Position numbers and translations under genes: made by a program
In this document: positions 1 through 9,632 of the stretch, one piece after another
Numbering within the stretch: the stretch's first letter is position 1
How the letters are laid out: every line of letters begins with the position of its first letter
Virus record (IMG/VR): IMGVR_UViG_3300046009_002641
Span: 1-62,289 of that record
Source of the DNA: a virus
Lineage: Duplodnaviria; Caudoviricetes
Length of the DNA: 62,289 bases
Strand: one strand, 5' to 3'
The notes under the pieces: generated by a model
Seen by the model: only the letters and a program-made list of their open reading frames with translations
What the model was told of the DNA's origin: nothing
Databases searched by the model: none

Positions 1-127
1 TGGCTAAGACCCCAGCTTGGCAGCGCGCCGAAGGCAAGAATCCAAAAGGCGGGCTGAATGAGAAGGGGCGCGCGTCATTGCGGGCTGAGGGGCATGACAT
101 CAAGCGTCCCCAGCCGGAAGGTGGCTC
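1..127 (+). repeat. Terminal direct repeat, copy 1 (circular assembly overlap)
   Basis: 1-127 is identical to 62159-62285; the match breaks at base 128; unit genome about 62158 bp. Confidence 0.95.
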
Positions 128-3100
128 AAGGCGCGATAGCTTCTGCGCCCGCATGAAGGGCATGAAGAAAAAGCTGACGTTGTCTGAAACTGCCAATGAT
201 CCCGATAGCCGGATCAATAAGTCGCTTCGGGCTTGGAACTGCGCCGATGGTGGTGCGGTTGATTCGTATAATGCAGTTCAAAAAGCCGCTAGAACAGATC
301 CTAGTGCGCCCTATGGCGTTGTGGATATGGGAGATAAGATCATTGTCGGTTCTCCGCACGGAGAACAAATTCCCTTGTCTGATGATTTGAGGGCAAGGAT
401 ACAGGATGTCGCTGGCAAAAGTGGCGCTTGGTATGAGGGATCTGGTGGAGACATTGAAGGAAACAGGAAACTTATTCCTAGCTACAGAGGCTCTTGGGAC
501 GATCAGGTCGCCAGATCAATTGAGGGATATCCTGTCGAATACATGGTCCCCATGTTTAGCAACGTGGAGGTCAATAAGCCGCATGAGATATATGCCAGCC
601 CTGATCGGTCGATATTTGATAGCATCGTGGCTAATCAGGATAAGGCAAAGTATTTCAAGGATCGGCGGTTTGACGCTGATGCGTTGCGTGATTTCTTGAC
701 GCAAGGCAGTGAAAAAGACACTGATCTTGTAAAGATGTCCCAGCTTCCGGCGACGAAGGAAAACCTGAGCAAGTTCTTTTCCACAGGCGAACGTCTTATG
801 TGGCCTGATAACTGGCAGGAATATCCCAACCGTCTTGGTAAGATGGCCAAGCGGTTTGAAGAATCGCGGAACAAGTATCTGCTAAATGCTCCTCCGGGCG
901 TTTATGTCACTGGCGCAGGACACATCCCAGAACTTCGCGGGATGAATAAGGATCTTAAGGTTATTGGTGGCGAAAGAGCCAGTGAAGCGGACGGTGGCCC
1001 TGTTTTTCACAAAGGCCGTGATGAAGCTCATATTAATTTTCAAGTCGCTAAGCCGGGGCCGCATACGACTCAGCTAGGTATTGAGGAGCCATATTTCCGT
1101 CGCTGGCTGTCTGAGAATCAGATCCCGTTTGATCCGAATGAGGCTAAGCCCGACTACGACATGCGTGGCTATTATCGCGCCGCCATGGCTGGAGATCCGC
1201 GCACGGCGACTGAGATCAACGCCAACGATCATCAGCGACATTTCCCGGATGTGTGGAAAACCCCGTCGCATGAAACATTCTCCGCCCAGAGCCAATACGC
1301 CACACCGAATGCCCCCGATTGGAATGAGCAAGATCAGCTAGTCGATAAGGCTGGTCGCGTCTTATATGATGAGCGCATGGGTCGTGACGATGGTGGTGCG
1401 GTTGATTCGTATGCCGCTGTGCAAGAAGCGGCCAAAGGCGGTGAGGTTTGGGATAAGCCCCGCCCCAAGAAGCTGGGCAAGCCTGAGCCGCTGAGCAGCA
1501 AAGAAAAGGCCAGCGCCAAAGCTGCGGCCAAGGCTGCTGGTCGTCCGTATCCTAACCTAATCGACAATATGCGGGCTGCTAGGGCGGATGGTGGCGAGGC
1601 TGATCCGTATGAATCGGTTCAGCAGGCTGCCAATCCAGATTCTGGGATGGAAAGATTTTCCCAAGAGGACATTAACCGCGCGGCCCATGGCGCTACGCCT
1701 GCTGTTCCGCCTTTGACGGTTATTGAGAACGCCGCACCGGCTAGCCCTGTGTCTGATGCTATGCGTGGGGCGTATAATGCTGCGGTTCCTCCAACCGCCA
1801 GATTGTTTGCTGAAAGCGCAATGGGCGCTCATAGCCCGATCACTGAGCGTGATTTTTCCCCATCCGATATTCAAAACATGAAGGATCGACTGGCTGAACA
1901 ACAACAGTTTAATGCCAGAAGAGAAAAAAATCTTCAAACAATCCAAGATACGATGACGCCTGAAGCATACCGTCATTATCAGGCTATGACTGATCAGCCG
2001 ATTGGCAGTGATGAAGATTATCGACGGTATATGGCCCACAACGCTGAGGCCATTAAAACATTTCAGGATACCCGTGGTCAGACAGGCGTTCCATATGGGA
2101 CGACGTTTGGCAAAGAGGATCAGCCTAATCAGCCTCTTAGTGTTTATTCGCCTGAACAGGGCAACCTTCTGACGTCGTTGCAGAGATCATATACTGATCC
2201 GGGCTATCGCACGGGCATGACCCTTGGTCGGTTTAATGTTTATGACACTCCTCAAGGTCGCGTGGCAGTTGATAATTATGATTTTAGAGGTAGGAAACAG
2301 TCGTGGTCAGACGTTGTCAAAGGCTTTCAAGAGCAACCGTTTGTAACTGCTCTTCGTGGATCAATCCCGACGGTATTTCCTAATATTGATCGTCCAGTTG
2401 CGGTCAATTTGGATAAGCCCGGTAACTATACTTACACCGGAAAGGCTATCCTTACCCCCGGTTCTTACTTAGAACCTGAACAAACGCAAACGCCTAAGCG
2501 CGACGATATCGCTGACTACAGAACTAAAACGCCGGGATTCCATCAATTCAATCAGATTGCAATAAACAGCAGGACGCCTGATGTAACGGTTCCTCTTCCC
2601 CCGCGCCGTCCGACGTCCTTTGCCGATGGCGGTGAAGTTATCGGTGATAAAGTCGAAGGCGATGTCCAGTTCGCAGAGGATGATCCCTACGCCAAGGTTC
2701 AGGAAGCTGCCAAGCTTCCCATGATGGCGCAGAACGACTTTGCCATGCGTATGCCGCAGCCAGAAGTCCGCTATGACACTGGCCCGCAGCCGGGTGAGGC
2801 TACCCTTAAAGGGTATGAACCGACGATTCGTGAGCAAATCGCCCAGAAGCTAATGGGTGAGCAGTCCCCGTCTCCTGAACGTCGCCAATTTGTTGAGGGC
2901 CTTATGGGAACCTCCGGTATTGGTGAACGCAGCATGGGTGTTGCCGACTTTATTCCTTTGGCTGGACAGGCGTTGCAAGCTCAGGAGTCGTATCAATATC
3001 GTGATCCTAAAGGATTTTTGCTTGCTACTGTCCCTGTGCCGGGGGCCAATATTGAGGGCAAAATAGCTCAAGGCGCTGCCGCCGCTGCTGAACGTGCTAT

Positions 3101-6011
3101 GGTTGGACAGGCTGCTCAACAGATGACGAAATCACAGTCTCAGGCCGCCATGAAGCAGGCTTGGGAGACTGGGCAAGGTAACGCAGACAAGTATCGTAAT
3201 TGGCAGCACCAATGGAATGTTGAGCAGGGGCCGCAATATACGGTTGCCCAGCCTGCTCCGGCGGCGGTTCCAGCTATGGGGCACAATATGCCGCCTGAAA
3301 CAATCCCGGTTGACTACAATCGTATCGTCAATCCGGCTGGATTCTACAGCCTTGGCCATGAGGTTGCTTCAACGCAACTACCTGATACGGTTCGCACTTG
3401 GCAAGAGATGCAATCCCTTCTCAAAAAGGGCGGCGTCAAAGATGAGGAAATGCAGTTTGCTGGCCTCCTTGGAATGAACCCGGCGACAAAAATCAGCCGC
3501 GATGAAATAGCGCAGGCGTTTGAGCGTAATTTTCCGCAAGTCGAAACGGTGTGGAAACGCAGTTCAGCCCCCGTCCCGGCTGAGAGAATTAATCAGGCTG
3601 TCCAAAATCGGACGCAGGCTCAAAATGATTTGCGTGATGCGAATACTAACCTTTGGAACGCCGCAAATCCTACCCATCAAGAAGATCCGGTTTTGAATAT
3701 ACGCGGGGACGAAACTCCTTGGAGCCTCCCTGATTTAAGAACCGCTTTAATGAATGATCGTGTCAGGTTTGATGATCTTGACGAACATGTTAGAGGCCCT
3801 GCTATGGACTGGCAGGATGCTTGGCGTCGGTATCAAAATGCTGAATCTCAGGTTCGCAATATAGAAGCGCCTACTAGGCCGGAAATGGCTCCGAAATGGG
3901 AGAAATACACGCATTCGGGCGGAACTGATTACTCAGAATCAGTCTTGAGATTGCCGTATAACAACCCGGCTTCGTTTAGGCACATTGCCCCTGAGATTGA
4001 AGTCAAATACTCAGACCAACACGCTGCGTTGAAAGAAAAGCTTTTTAATCTCAAGGAGTCTTATCAAGCTCAAAGATTGAGCGATAATCAGCAGTTTAAT
4101 GCCGCAATGGATGCGTATAAACAACGGTTTTACGATAAATTAATGAATGAAGCGTTGGAATCTGGTTGGTCGCCAGAAGATGCAATGCGTCATGCTAAAA
4201 AGTTTGTCAACGATACCAGTTATAGTGGAATGGCTAATTATCTGGGTGAACCTTATCCACGGGATCTGGATTATATGAGTCCTAGATCTGAGCAGCTAAA
4301 CGAAGAATTATATAAAACCAGAGAAGAAATAGGCGTTCTTACTAATAAAATGCTGGATGAATCGCGCGCTTTGGCTGGGCATCCGTCATATACTGAACAG
4401 GTTTATCGCCACGAAAGCCACCTTGGTAATATAGACAACCCTCTGCTTCACCAGCGTTGGAAAGAGCGCGTTGGGCCGGAGGGCGAGCGCATCTTGTCCA
4501 ATGAGGAGTTCCAAAGCGACCTTGGCCAAGAAGGCGCTGAAAGAGGCTTTAAAGATCCGACTGCCGATAAACGGCGAGTGGAGCTTGAGCGCCAGCGGGA
4601 TGCTTTGCAGAAAGAATGGGATAATGAACAGCGCAAACTGTTGGAAGAAACTAACGCAAAGTCTGCTGCTGTTATGCGCCAAAAGCGCGATGAGATTAAA
4701 CAGGTTACAGATGCTTATAATCAAACAAATCAATTAAGAAGCGCCTTTGACGCATATAATGAACAACTTGCTGCGATTGACGACAAGTATGCGCCTTTGT
4801 TGCAGCCGTTTAAAGATCAGCACAACGCGGCCAGTCAGCAGCTTGCCGCCAAGTATAAGCCAGAGAGCAAACGTCTGAACGACGCGATTGCGGCCATTAA
4901 ACAGCAGGGCGATGTTCCGTTGTTCCCTCATGTCGGCAGCACCGATCAGTGGGTTGAGCTTGGCGCGAAACACGCCCTGCAACACGCCCTTGAGAGTGGT
5001 CACGACAAGATATTTATCATGGGCGGTCAAGAGCAGGCCCGTCGTTGGCAATCTGGGTTGAGGCAGGCAGTTGATAATATTCGATGGGAAGGAGAGGCTA
5101 AACCTTGGAAAGGGTTTGGAACCATCGAAGAACAGGACGCCGCTGAGGAAAGATTTAAAAAGGCTAAAGAAGCACTGTCTAGCACTCTCCACAATGATCG
5201 CAGCTATGATGAGATTGTTAGAGAATTTAATGATGCTCAGGCTGCCATGAGGGACACTGTTCCTGGCTGGGGTCGGAGTGCTTACGATAAGCCTGACCCT
5301 GAAAAAGAGGGATTTAGGACTGTTTACGCAAAACCCTCTAACTATAGCCGTGATGCAAAATTTGTCATTGATAGGAATGGCAATATTATTGACTCATCGC
5401 TATCCAATGTTAAAGGGAAAAAATTAAAAGATGCCGTTGGCGGAGATTTAGCCAAACGTATTATGAGTGAAGAATCCGGCAATATTCCCATGAAAAATTA
5501 TGTTATGGGCGCTGAAGGTTACACTCAACACTATGAGCGAAAAGTCCCGTCTATATACAAAGACATCATCAAAAAATATTTAAAAGTTAATCCCAAAGTT
5601 GAAGCTGGGGCGATTGTGGAGCGCGGAGTGGAGTCAAATGAGATTCCGCCATGGGGTCAGTTAGAACGCCTTGGTTACGGAAAATGGAAAATCAATTTCC
5701 CTGACGGATCATTCCGTGACGATCTATCACGCGAAAAGGCAAACCGGCTTATTGAGCGTGGTAAACAAAACTTTGAGGCCATGGGCCGCACTTGGGAATC
5801 TAAAAACGTCCCGCCGATTGAAGGCCCTCACGGCACCTACATCCACATCACGCCCGAAATGCGGGAAGCTTATCAGCGGATTAAAAAAGAACGCGGGTCC
5901 GTGTTCCCCGGATATGCTGAGGGTGGGGCGGTTGTAAACGGTAGTGATCCGTATGATAATATGCGGTCATTATCTAGGAATTTTCCCCGCGCGCGGCGGG
6001 TTTCTCATTAG
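1..6011 (+). CDS. Giant (~2000 aa) mosaic virion/internal protein; modules joined by ADGG-type linkers; true start at 62158 (MAKTPAWQRAEGKNPKGG...)
   Basis: Open frame from 62158 through the junction; basic N-terminal module ending WNC (DUF6321-like), TraB/TIKI-like module, DYDMRG...HFPD module, EVWDKPRP...NLIDNMRAAR module, large C-terminal EEFQSD-motif domain; lies directly after portal. Confidence 0.85.
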   Translation, partial: AKTPAWQRAEGKNPKGGLNEKGRASLRAEGHDIKRPQPEGGSRRDSFCARMKGMKKKLTLSETANDPDSRINKSLRAWNCADGGAVDSYNAVQKAARTDPSAPYGVVDMGDKIIVGSPHGEQIPLSDDLRARIQDVAGKSGAWYEGSGGDIEGNRKLIPSYRGSWDDQVARSIEGYPVEYMVPMFSNVEVNKPHEIYASPDRSIFDSIVANQDKAKYFKDRRFDADALRDFLTQGSEKDTDLVKMSQLPATKENLSKFFSTGERLMWPDNWQEYPNRLGKMAKRFEESRNKYLLNAPPGVYVTGAGHIPELRGMNKDLKVIGGERASEADGGPVFHKGRDEAHINFQVAKPGPHTTQLGIEEPYFRRWLSENQIPFDPNEAKPDYDMRGYYRAAMAGDPRTATEINANDHQRHFPDVWKTPSHETFSAQSQYATPNAPDWNEQDQLVDKAGRVLYDERMGRDDGGAVDSYAAVQEAAKGGEVWDKPRPKKLGKPEPLSSKEKASAKAAAKAAGRPYPNLIDNMRAARADGGEADPYESVQQAANPDSGMERFSQEDINRAAHGATPAVPPLTVIENAAPASPVSDAMRGAYNAAVPPTARLFAESAMGAHSPITERDFSPSDIQNMKDRLAEQQQFNARREKNLQTIQDTMTPEAYRHYQAMTDQPIGSDEDYRRYMAHNAEAIKTFQDTRGQTGVPYGTTFGKEDQPNQPLSVYSPEQGNLLTSLQRSYTDPGYRTGMTLGRFNVYDTPQGRVAVDNYDFRGRKQSWSDVVKGFQEQPFVTALRGSIPTVFPNIDRPVAVNLDKPGNYTYTGKAILTPGSYLEPEQTQTPKRDDIADYRTKTPGFHQFNQIAINSRTPDVTVPLPPRRPTSFADGGEVIGDKVEGDVQFAEDDPYAKVQEAAKLPMMAQNDFAMRMPQPEVRYDTGPQPGEATLKGYEPTIREQIAQKLMGEQSPSPERRQFVEGLMGTSGIGERSMGVADFIPLAGQALQAQESYQYRDPKGFLLATVPVPGANIEGKIAQGAAAAAERAMVGQAAQQMTKSQSQAAMKQAWETGQGNADKYRNWQHQWNVEQGPQYTVAQPAPAAVPAMGHNMPPETIPVDYNRIVNPAGFYSLGHEVASTQLPDTVRTWQEMQSLLKKGGVKDEEMQFAGLLGMNPATKISRDEIAQAFERNFPQVETVWKRSSAPVPAERINQAVQNRTQAQNDLRDANTNLWNAANPTHQEDPVLNIRGDETPWSLPDLRTALMNDRVRFDDLDEHVRGPAMDWQDAWRRYQNAESQVRNIEAPTRPEMAPKWEKYTHSGGTDYSESVLRLPYNNPASFRHIAPEIEVKYSDQHAALKEKLFNLKESYQAQRLSDNQQFNAAMDAYKQRFYDKLMNEALESGWSPEDAMRHAKKFVNDTSYSGMANYLGEPYPRDLDYMSPRSEQLNEELYKTREEIGVLTNKMLDESRALAGHPSYTEQVYRHESHLGNIDNPLLHQRWKERVGPEGERILSNEEFQSDLGQEGAERGFKDPTADKRRVELERQRDALQKEWDNEQRKLLEETNAKSAAVMRQKRDEIKQVTDAYNQTNQLRSAFDAYNEQLAAIDDKYAPLLQPFKDQHNAASQQLAAKYKPESKRLNDAIAAIKQQGDVPLFPHVGSTDQWVELGAKHALQHALESGHDKIFIMGGQEQARRWQSGLRQAVDNIRWEGEAKPWKGFGTIEEQDAAEERFKKAKEALSSTLHNDRSYDEIVREFNDAQAAMRDTVPGWGRSAYDKPDPEKEGFRTVYAKPSNYSRDAKFVIDRNGNIIDSSLSNVKGKKLKDAVGGDLAKRIMSEESGNIPMKNYVMGAEGYTQHYERKVPSIYKDIIKKYLKVNPKVEAGAIVERGVESNEIPPWGQLERLGYGKWKINFPDGSFRDDLSREKANRLIERGKQNFEAMGRTWESKNVPPIEGPHGTYIHITPEMREAYQRIKKERGSVFPGYAEGGAVVNGSDPYDNMRSLSRNFPRARRVSH

Positions 6012-6052
6012 ACGCGCTGTCTGTAAACTAAACACCTTGCAAGGGTATTAAA

Positions 6053-7051
6053 ATGGCACATCCCCACTCTAAAGAGGCCAAAGAAGGCCACGCCAAGAAA
6101 CTGGCTGGCTACGGCGGCAAATCCAAATCATTTGATGACAAGTCGTCTTGGGACGGCTTGAAGGGCCTGAACAATGATGAGCAGGCTGGCCTGAAGATCA
6201 TCGACAAAGAGCCGACGCTTTCTGAAGAAACTGCCCCCCGCATCATGCGTAAACGTGGCGGCGTGGTGAAGGGCAAGATGGCTGTGAAGCGTCTGGATAA
6301 GGCGTCTCGTGGCAAGAAGCGCGCTAATGGCGGTGAGCTTCCCCCTCCGGAAGAAGGCATGAAGGCTGCGGCCCGCGAAAGCGGCATGAGCTACGAAGAA
6401 GCCCCCAAGGAGGGCGGTATCACTGGCGCTGGTGAGGCTGCTGAGTCCTCTGGCCGTCAGGAAGATCGTCATGGTGGCCGCGTCCATAAGGCGGCTGGCG
6501 GCAAGATGTCTCACGAAGATGAGGCTGAGGATCGTTCGCTGATCAAGAAAATGGTCAAGGGTTCGTCGCTTACCGGAAAGAAAGCTGGCGGCGAAGTCAA
6601 GACCAAGAGCTATACGCCTGAGAACAACGTCACCAAGTCGGCTCGCGTTGGCCGCGCGTCAGGTGGCGCAGCTAAAGGCAAGACAACGGTGAACATCATC
6701 GTTGGTGGTGGCAAGGATCAGGCTCCGATGATGCCTCCGGCTCCGGGCGCTCCGGCTGCTCGCCAGCCGATGCAAGCCCCGCCGATGATGCCTCCGCAGG
6801 GTATGCCGATGGCTCCGGCTATGGCTGCTCCTCCGATGGCTGCTCCGCCGCCGGCCCCGCCGATGGGTGGCGCTCCGGGCATGGGTATGCCTCCGGGTGG
6901 TATGCCGCTGGGCCGCAAGCGTGGTGGTCGTATCCGTGATGCTTCGGACCTTACGGCTGGCGCTGGTTCGGGTGAAGGACGACTGGAAAAGATTGAACTT
7001 CAGGAAGCCAAAGGCTATCCGCCGAAAAGCGCCCGCAAGGGTTTCAAGTAG
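6053..7051 (+). CDS. Basic, Pro/Met/Gly-rich low-complexity virion-associated protein with 7 xxxGG motifs
   Basis: Operon position; RKRGG, RANGG, DRHGG, KAAGG, KKAGG, RASGG, RKRGG; long PM-rich tract. Confidence 0.8.
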   Translation: MAHPHSKEAKEGHAKKLAGYGGKSKSFDDKSSWDGLKGLNNDEQAGLKIIDKEPTLSEETAPRIMRKRGGVVKGKMAVKRLDKASRGKKRANGGELPPPEEGMKAAARESGMSYEEAPKEGGITGAGEAAESSGRQEDRHGGRVHKAAGGKMSHEDEAEDRSLIKKMVKGSSLTGKKAGGEVKTKSYTPENNVTKSARVGRASGGAAKGKTTVNIIVGGGKDQAPMMPPAPGAPAARQPMQAPPMMPPQGMPMAPAMAAPPMAAPPPAPPMGGAPGMGMPPGGMPLGRKRGGRIRDASDLTAGAGSGEGRLEKIELQEAKGYPPKSARKGFK

Positions 7052-7062
7052 GGGGATCGGCA

Positions 7063-7260
7063 ATGGGCGAACAGTTGCCGGAAAGATTGCCTATGGGTCA
7101 CATGGGCATGAATCCGGCGGCTGCACAGGCAACCATGAGAACGCCTTCGCCCGCTAGGCCCAATCCGCGAGATAGCCGCGCCATGGAGCAAGCTATTCTC
7201 AGCCAGCGAATGGGCATAGGTTCTGTTCCCCCGCGTCGTAATGGCGGAAGGACTAAATGA
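7063..7260 (+). CDS. Small protein ending RRNGGRTK
   Basis: GGGG RBS; stop overlaps next ATG; carries the GG motif. Confidence 0.65.
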   Translation: MGEQLPERLPMGHMGMNPAAAQATMRTPSPARPNPRDSRAMEQAILSQRMGIGSVPPRRNGGRTK

Positions 7261-7460
7261 ATTTAGACCTGAGATTGTATCAGGAACTGGAAAAAGTCTT
7301 GTCGGAGATGGCAGAGAAGCTAGGCGCTGAACTGATCACCGGCAAGGCACAGAGCTTTGACGATTATCGCTATCGCGTTGGTCGTTTGAAGGGCCTTCAA
7401 GACGCTCTTGAGGTCGCACAGGAAGTCCAGAAGCGCGTTCTGGGCGGTGAAAGGAAATAG
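7257..7460 (+). CDS. Small helical head-assembly region protein
   Basis: AAGGA RBS; DDYRYRVGRLKGL motif typical of the small gene preceding phage GroES. Confidence 0.75.
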   Translation: MNLDLRLYQELEKVLSEMAEKLGAELITGKAQSFDDYRYRVGRLKGLQDALEVAQEVQKRVLGGERK

Positions 7461-7465
7461 CTGAC

Positions 7466-7882
7466 ATGCCGTCAGTCGCAATGTTGCATGAGGTTGACCC
7501 GCGTGAGGCAATCCTTGCTAGAGTTGGCTCCCTTGATGGGATTGAAATGTTTGGTAGCGACCTTTTGATTGCTATCTACAAGCGTCCGACAAAGACAAAG
7601 TCGGGAATTATCCTCACTGACAAGCACTTAGAAGAGGATTTGCATCAGGGTAAGGTGGGTTTGGTCCTTAAAATGGGTCCGACAGCCTATCTTGATGATG
7701 AGGGCAAGTCGTTCCGCGACATTAAAGAGGGTGATTGGGTGGTTTTCCGCCCCTCTGATGGCTGGCGCGTCACGCTGAACACGCTTCGCGGCACTTATTC
7801 CAAGGATGATACGGTCGATTGTCGCATTGTTAGCGACATTTCTGTCCGTTCACGCCTGAACGACCCCGATTCCATCTACTAA
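7466..7882 (+). CDS. groES: Phage co-chaperonin GroES-like protein
   Basis: KTKSGIIL mobile loop, G.VLKMGP, IKEGDWVVF motifs. Confidence 0.85.
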   Translation: MPSVAMLHEVDPREAILARVGSLDGIEMFGSDLLIAIYKRPTKTKSGIILTDKHLEEDLHQGKVGLVLKMGPTAYLDDEGKSFRDIKEGDWVVFRPSDGWRVTLNTLRGTYSKDDTVDCRIVSDISVRSRLNDPDSIY

Positions 7883-7892
7883 GGGCTGAAAA

Positions 7893-8873
7893 ATGGACGA
7901 CATTGAAGAAAAACCCGGCGAATCCGTAGAGATTCCGGCGGAAGAGGCCCAGCAATCGGTCGAAGTCAACTTTGACGATGAGCCGAAGGCTGAAAAACGG
8001 TCTGAACGTCAGGCTGCGCCCGTTGAAACGACTGAAGATGTCGATGATCGTGAGCAGCAGCTTATTGAGATCAAGCGCCAGTATGAGGAGCAGAAGCGCC
8101 GGGCGGAAGCTGAGCGTAATGCCCGTCAGCAGGCAGAGGCATATGCCTATGAGCAGGCCCAAAAAGCGCAATACGCCCAGTATGACGCGGAAGGCAATCG
8201 CCTTCAGACGTATATCAATGCGATTGAAGCGACTGAGCAAGCCGCATCTAATGCAGAACGCGCGTATGCTGACGCCATGGCGTCTGGCGACTATGCTGCG
8301 GCTGGCCGGGCGCAACGGGCAATGGCTTCGGCTGAGGCCCACCTGCTCCGGCTTCAAAATGAAAAGTCTCAGGCAGAGCAGTATATTGAATCTCTGAGGA
8401 CTGAGGGCCGGGTTCAGGCTCCTCCGCGTCAGACTTTCGATCCTATGCCGCAGACCCAAGACCCTATTGAGCAGATGGCTGCCCGCCTGACGCCCAAAAG
8501 CGCAGCTTGGCTTCGCGCGCATCCGGAGGCGGCCAACAAGGTTGAAAAACTGACGGCTGCCCACGCATCGGCTGTTGAGCTTGAGGGCTTGACCCCTGAA
8601 ACGCCGGAATACTTCCGGTATGTTGAGGAGAAGCTTGGCATTTCTCAGCCTCAGAAAGCGCCGGCTAAGAAAATCATGGCTTCTGCTCCCGTCCAATCTT
8701 CATCCAGCATGTCGTCATCCCGTTCTGGCGGGAATGGCAGCACGATGGTCCTCTCTCCTGCTGAGGTCGAACAGGCCGTCTTGAATGAGCCTGAACTGCC
8801 CCGCGACAAGGCCCTTGAGGTCTACGCCCGCAACAAGGCGGCGCTTATCCGCGAAGGCAAGCTCTCAGCATAA
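7893..8873 (+). CDS. Capsid scaffolding protein (putative)
   Basis: Acidic N-terminus, long coiled coil, C-terminal helix (YARNKA); between GroES and capsid genes. Confidence 0.7.
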   Translation: MDDIEEKPGESVEIPAEEAQQSVEVNFDDEPKAEKRSERQAAPVETTEDVDDREQQLIEIKRQYEEQKRRAEAERNARQQAEAYAYEQAQKAQYAQYDAEGNRLQTYINAIEATEQAASNAERAYADAMASGDYAAAGRAQRAMASAEAHLLRLQNEKSQAEQYIESLRTEGRVQAPPRQTFDPMPQTQDPIEQMAARLTPKSAAWLRAHPEAANKVEKLTAAHASAVELEGLTPETPEYFRYVEEKLGISQPQKAPAKKIMASAPVQSSSSMSSSRSGGNGSTMVLSPAEVEQAVLNEPELPRDKALEVYARNKAALIREGKLSA

Positions 8874-8884
8874 GGAATTAAACA

Positions 8885-9424
8885 ATGTCAGACGTTGAAA
8901 CAAAGATTGATGGGCGCTCCAAAGAGGCCCGTATGGCTAAGGCTGGGGACGCTGTTGGCAAAGAATCAACTGCGGATTCCAAGGCCCGCGCCGAAGCCCG
9001 TATCCGCGCCATCCGCGAAAACATGCCCGACGGTGGCGCTGCGCGTGATAAGTTCTACGCTCCGCCCCCGCCCGACGGCTGGGACTACCAGTGGAAAATG
9101 CGGACAGTCATGGGCGAAGAGTTCCATTCCTATCAAGTGGAACTGATGCGTAATGGTTGGGAGCCGGTCCCGCTGAGCCGTCATCCTGAGCTTATGCCGA
9201 ATGGCTGGCAGGGCGAGACGATTGAGGTTGAGGGTCTGGTCCTTATGGAGCGTCCCAAGGTCTTTACAGATGAGGCCCGCGCCGAAGAAGCCCGTTCCGC
9301 CCGCGAGGCGGTCATGGTCAAGGAAGCCCAGCTTCGTGATGGCCGTGGTTCGGATCTTGGCAAGCGCGAGGTTCACCGTTTCAGCAAATCCCGTAGCCCG
9401 ATAGCGATACCGGGAGACGAATAG
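8885..9424 (+). CDS. Conserved head-region protein
   Basis: TAAGGA RBS; PPPDGWDYQW...GWEPV...GLVLMERP motifs; upstream of capsid genes. Confidence 0.75.
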   Translation: MSDVETKIDGRSKEARMAKAGDAVGKESTADSKARAEARIRAIRENMPDGGAARDKFYAPPPPDGWDYQWKMRTVMGEEFHSYQVELMRNGWEPVPLSRHPELMPNGWQGETIEVEGLVLMERPKVFTDEARAEEARSAREAVMVKEAQLRDGRGSDLGKREVHRFSKSRSPIAIPGDE

Positions 9425-9430
9425 GGTTTG

Positions 9431-9459
9431 TTGACAGAAATCCAAAGATTTCATAAAAT
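9431..9459 (+). promoter_or_regulatory. Sigma70-type promoter of the capsid operon, overlapped by an inverted repeat
   Basis: TTGACA(9431)-17 bp-TAAAAT(9454); AAATCCAAAG 9438-47 / CTTTGGATTT 9463-72. Confidence 0.7.
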
Positions 9460-9464
9460 TGACT

Positions 9465-9632
9465 TTGGATTTTACCCTTTCCCGTTTGAATAGCGGGAAA
9501 CGAATAGGAGCGGGCCGGTAAATCTGGCCCGTCGCCTTTATGAGCCGCCCCGCGCTGGGGTGGATTAACCATCCCGATCTAACGCTAAAAGCGCCTTTTA
9601 GCTAACGGTCACTCCAATAAAAGGAGAGAGCC
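9465..9632 (+). ncRNA. Structured 5' leader of capsid operon (putative cis-regulatory RNA)
   Basis: Consecutive hairpins 9478-9500, 9510-9532, ~9558-9575, 9584-9602. Confidence 0.45.

Noticed and set aside
5932-5960. Internal promoter TTGTAA-17-GATAAT at the end of the giant ORF
   Set aside because: Plausible but degenerate and overlapping a protein linker motif; insufficient support.
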